The notes below the pieces were generated by a model, which saw nothing but the letters and a program-made list of their open reading frames with translations, did not search any database and was not told the origin of the DNA. Shown one piece after another: positions 14,803 through 16,281 of a stretch of DNA of 16,281 nt; within the stretch, counting starts at the first letter, position 1, and the number at the start of each line of letters is the position of its first letter. Origin of the DNA: Chlamydiae bacterium RIFCSPHIGHO2_12_FULL_49_11 (lineage in GTDB: Bacteria; Chlamydiota; Chlamydiia; Chlamydiales; 2-12-FULL-49-11); the NCBI GenBank assembly GCA_001794905.1, contig MGLW01000042.1:1-16281 (forward strand). The letters run 5' to 3'. Made by a program: the position numbers and the translations under genes.

Positions 14803-16281
14803 CAACTCTTCCTCGGCAGGGGAACGGGCATCGAAAATGAGGCCGAGGCGAAACTGGATGCGAATGCGGCGCGAGCCGCCGATGAGGGAAGCCGCCCCGT
14901 CTGCATCAAACAAATAAGGGACGCCGTATTTTTCGCTGAACGTCTCGAGCGCCGTAATGGACACGACATCGAGCGGATGGTTTTCCAGCACAACCGCTTT
15001 TGCTTTTTTACATAACGTCATCATCGCTTCGTTGAATTCGGTTACAATGACGATTGCGTCATTGAGCTCTTTTGCCGTATCGGAGTCGATTTCGTTATAG
15101 AGAGTTGTTTCTCCTGAAACGGTCTCGGGTCCGGATTCCATTGGTTTTGCCCGCACCAGAAATTGGCCGATGCTATCGACGGTGAGCGTATTGGTGGAAA
15201 AACTTTTGCCGTAAGGCCGTCCGCTTGTCATCACAACAACGTCGCCGTAAGAGGCCCATTTTTTACGGAGCATTACCTTGCTGAGCGAAATGAAATCGAG
15301 CTCGCGGCTCCCTGCTTTTTCCATGACGGCAACGGTGCCCCAAAAGAGGGATGACTGGTTGTAGGTCAGCTCGGAAGGTGTATACGCGACGACCAGGCTT
15401 TTGGGACGGTACTTGGCAATCCAGCGGATTGTCTGGCCGGCATTGGTGCACACCACAATGGAAGCAGCCTCGGAACTATAGGAAAGTTCAACGGCAGCAA
15501 GGGCAATGGAGGACGGGATATCGTGGGTGCTATATTTTTGGCTCTTTTCGAAAAAACCGATGTAGTCAAATTCGCGTTCGGCTTCCTGAACAATCATGTC
15601 CATCATGGAAACGGCTTGGATCGGGTATTTCCCTGCCGCGGTTTCTCCCGAGAGCATCACGGCTGAGGTGCCGTCGAAAATGGCGTTTGCTACATCGGAC
15701 GCTTCGGCGCGCGTTGGGCGCGTCGAGTAAATCATCGACTCAAGCATTTGGGTTGCGGTGATGACCGGCTTTGCCGCCTTATTGCAAGCGCGGATCATCT
15801 TCTTTTGTAAAATCGGGAGCTTTGCGAGTGGCATTTCCACTCCCAAATCACCGCGCGCCACCATGATGCCGTCGGCCACTTGCAAAATCGCGTCGAACGA
15901 TTCGACCGCGCGTTTCGTTTCGATTTTGGCAATCACCATCACCCGCGGCATCCCGTGTTCTTTCGCCATTTTCTTGATTTTGAGCACATGTTCGGGAGAG
16001 TTGACAAAGGAGGCTGCAATCATATCAATGCCGTGTTTAAAACCAAATTCGAGGTCGCGCACATCGTCGCCGGTGAGCATGTCAATGACAAGAGTCCAGC
16101 CCGGCACATTCACGCCGCGCCGCGACGTGAGGACGGACGCCGTTTGCATCTCAATCTCGATTCCCCGTTTCGTTTTTCCCACGACATGCGCCGGGATGAT
16201 GCCGTCGTCGAAAAGGATGCTAGATCCCTCGGGAACGGTTTCAAGGGCCTCGAACGGGTGCACGGGAATCTCGTGGGGATG
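14794..16281 (-). CDS. pyk: Pyruvate kinase (5' part lies beyond the window) with C-terminal PEP-utilising mobile/swivel-like domain
   Basis: FDDG, RGVNVPG, AASFV, IAKIET, DGIMVARGDLGVE, TATQMLESM, PTRAEASDVANA and MLSGETAAGKYP. The frame is open to the window edge. Confidence 0.98.
   Translation of the reverse strand, partial: HPHEIPVHPFEALETVPEGSSILFDDGIIPAHVVGKTKRGIEIEMQTASVLTSRRGVNVPGWTLVIDMLTGDDVRDLEFGFKHGIDMIAASFVNSPEHVLKIKKMAKEHGMPRVMVIAKIETKRAVESFDAILQVADGIMVARGDLGVEMPLAKLPILQKKMIRACNKAAKPVITATQMLESMIYSTRPTRAEASDVANAIFDGTSAVMLSGETAAGKYPIQAVSMMDMIVQEAEREFDYIGFFEKSQKYSTHDIPSSIALAAVELSYSSEAASIVVCTNAGQTIRWIAKYRPKSLVVAYTPSELTYNQSSLFWGTVAVMEKAGSRELDFISLSKVMLRKKWASYGDVVVMTSGRPYGKSFSTNTLTVDSIGQFLVRAKPMESGPETVSGETTLYNEIDSDTAKELNDAIVIVTEFNEAMMTLCKKAKAVVLENHPLDVVSITALETFSEKYGVPYLFDADGAASLIGGSRRIRIQFRLGLIFDARSPAEEELLQ

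Noticed and set aside
1-16281. CRISPR arrays, tRNA/rRNA genes, IS elements or integrases
   Set aside because: No spaced direct repeats, RNA-gene signatures, transposase motifs or terminal inverted repeats were seen. Intergenic spaces are all under ~175 nt.

Overview
Gene-dense bacterial window, most likely from an environmental Chlamydiae-like genome. This is inferred from the dacA-ybbR pair with a long chlamydial-type YbbR, a chlamydial-looking AroA, an Inc-like hairpin protein and sigma70/sigma66-type promoters. Gene order: small hypothetical (-); a 2036-aa giant protein (+); aroA and aroB (-); a membrane-anchored LRR-like protein and a short aroD (+); a signal-peptide-bearing APH/choline-kinase-like phosphotransferase (-); the dacA-ybbR-rsmE operon (+); an Inc-like protein (+); and the 3' part of pyk with a C-terminal swivel domain (-). 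The main finding is the giant protein. Its N-terminal ~200 aa carry an intact Pol-beta-type nucleotidyltransferase motif set (GS...DVD...ELK..RR) that aligns by eye with eukaryotic FAM46/TENT5 non-canonical poly(A) polymerases. Its C-terminal half consists of three degenerate ~377-aa helical repeats. It is a candidate host-directed RNA-tailing or NMPylating effector. All family assignments come from motif recognition by eye, and reference sequences were recalled from memory, not searched. No rRNA, tRNA, CRISPR array or mobile element was seen.
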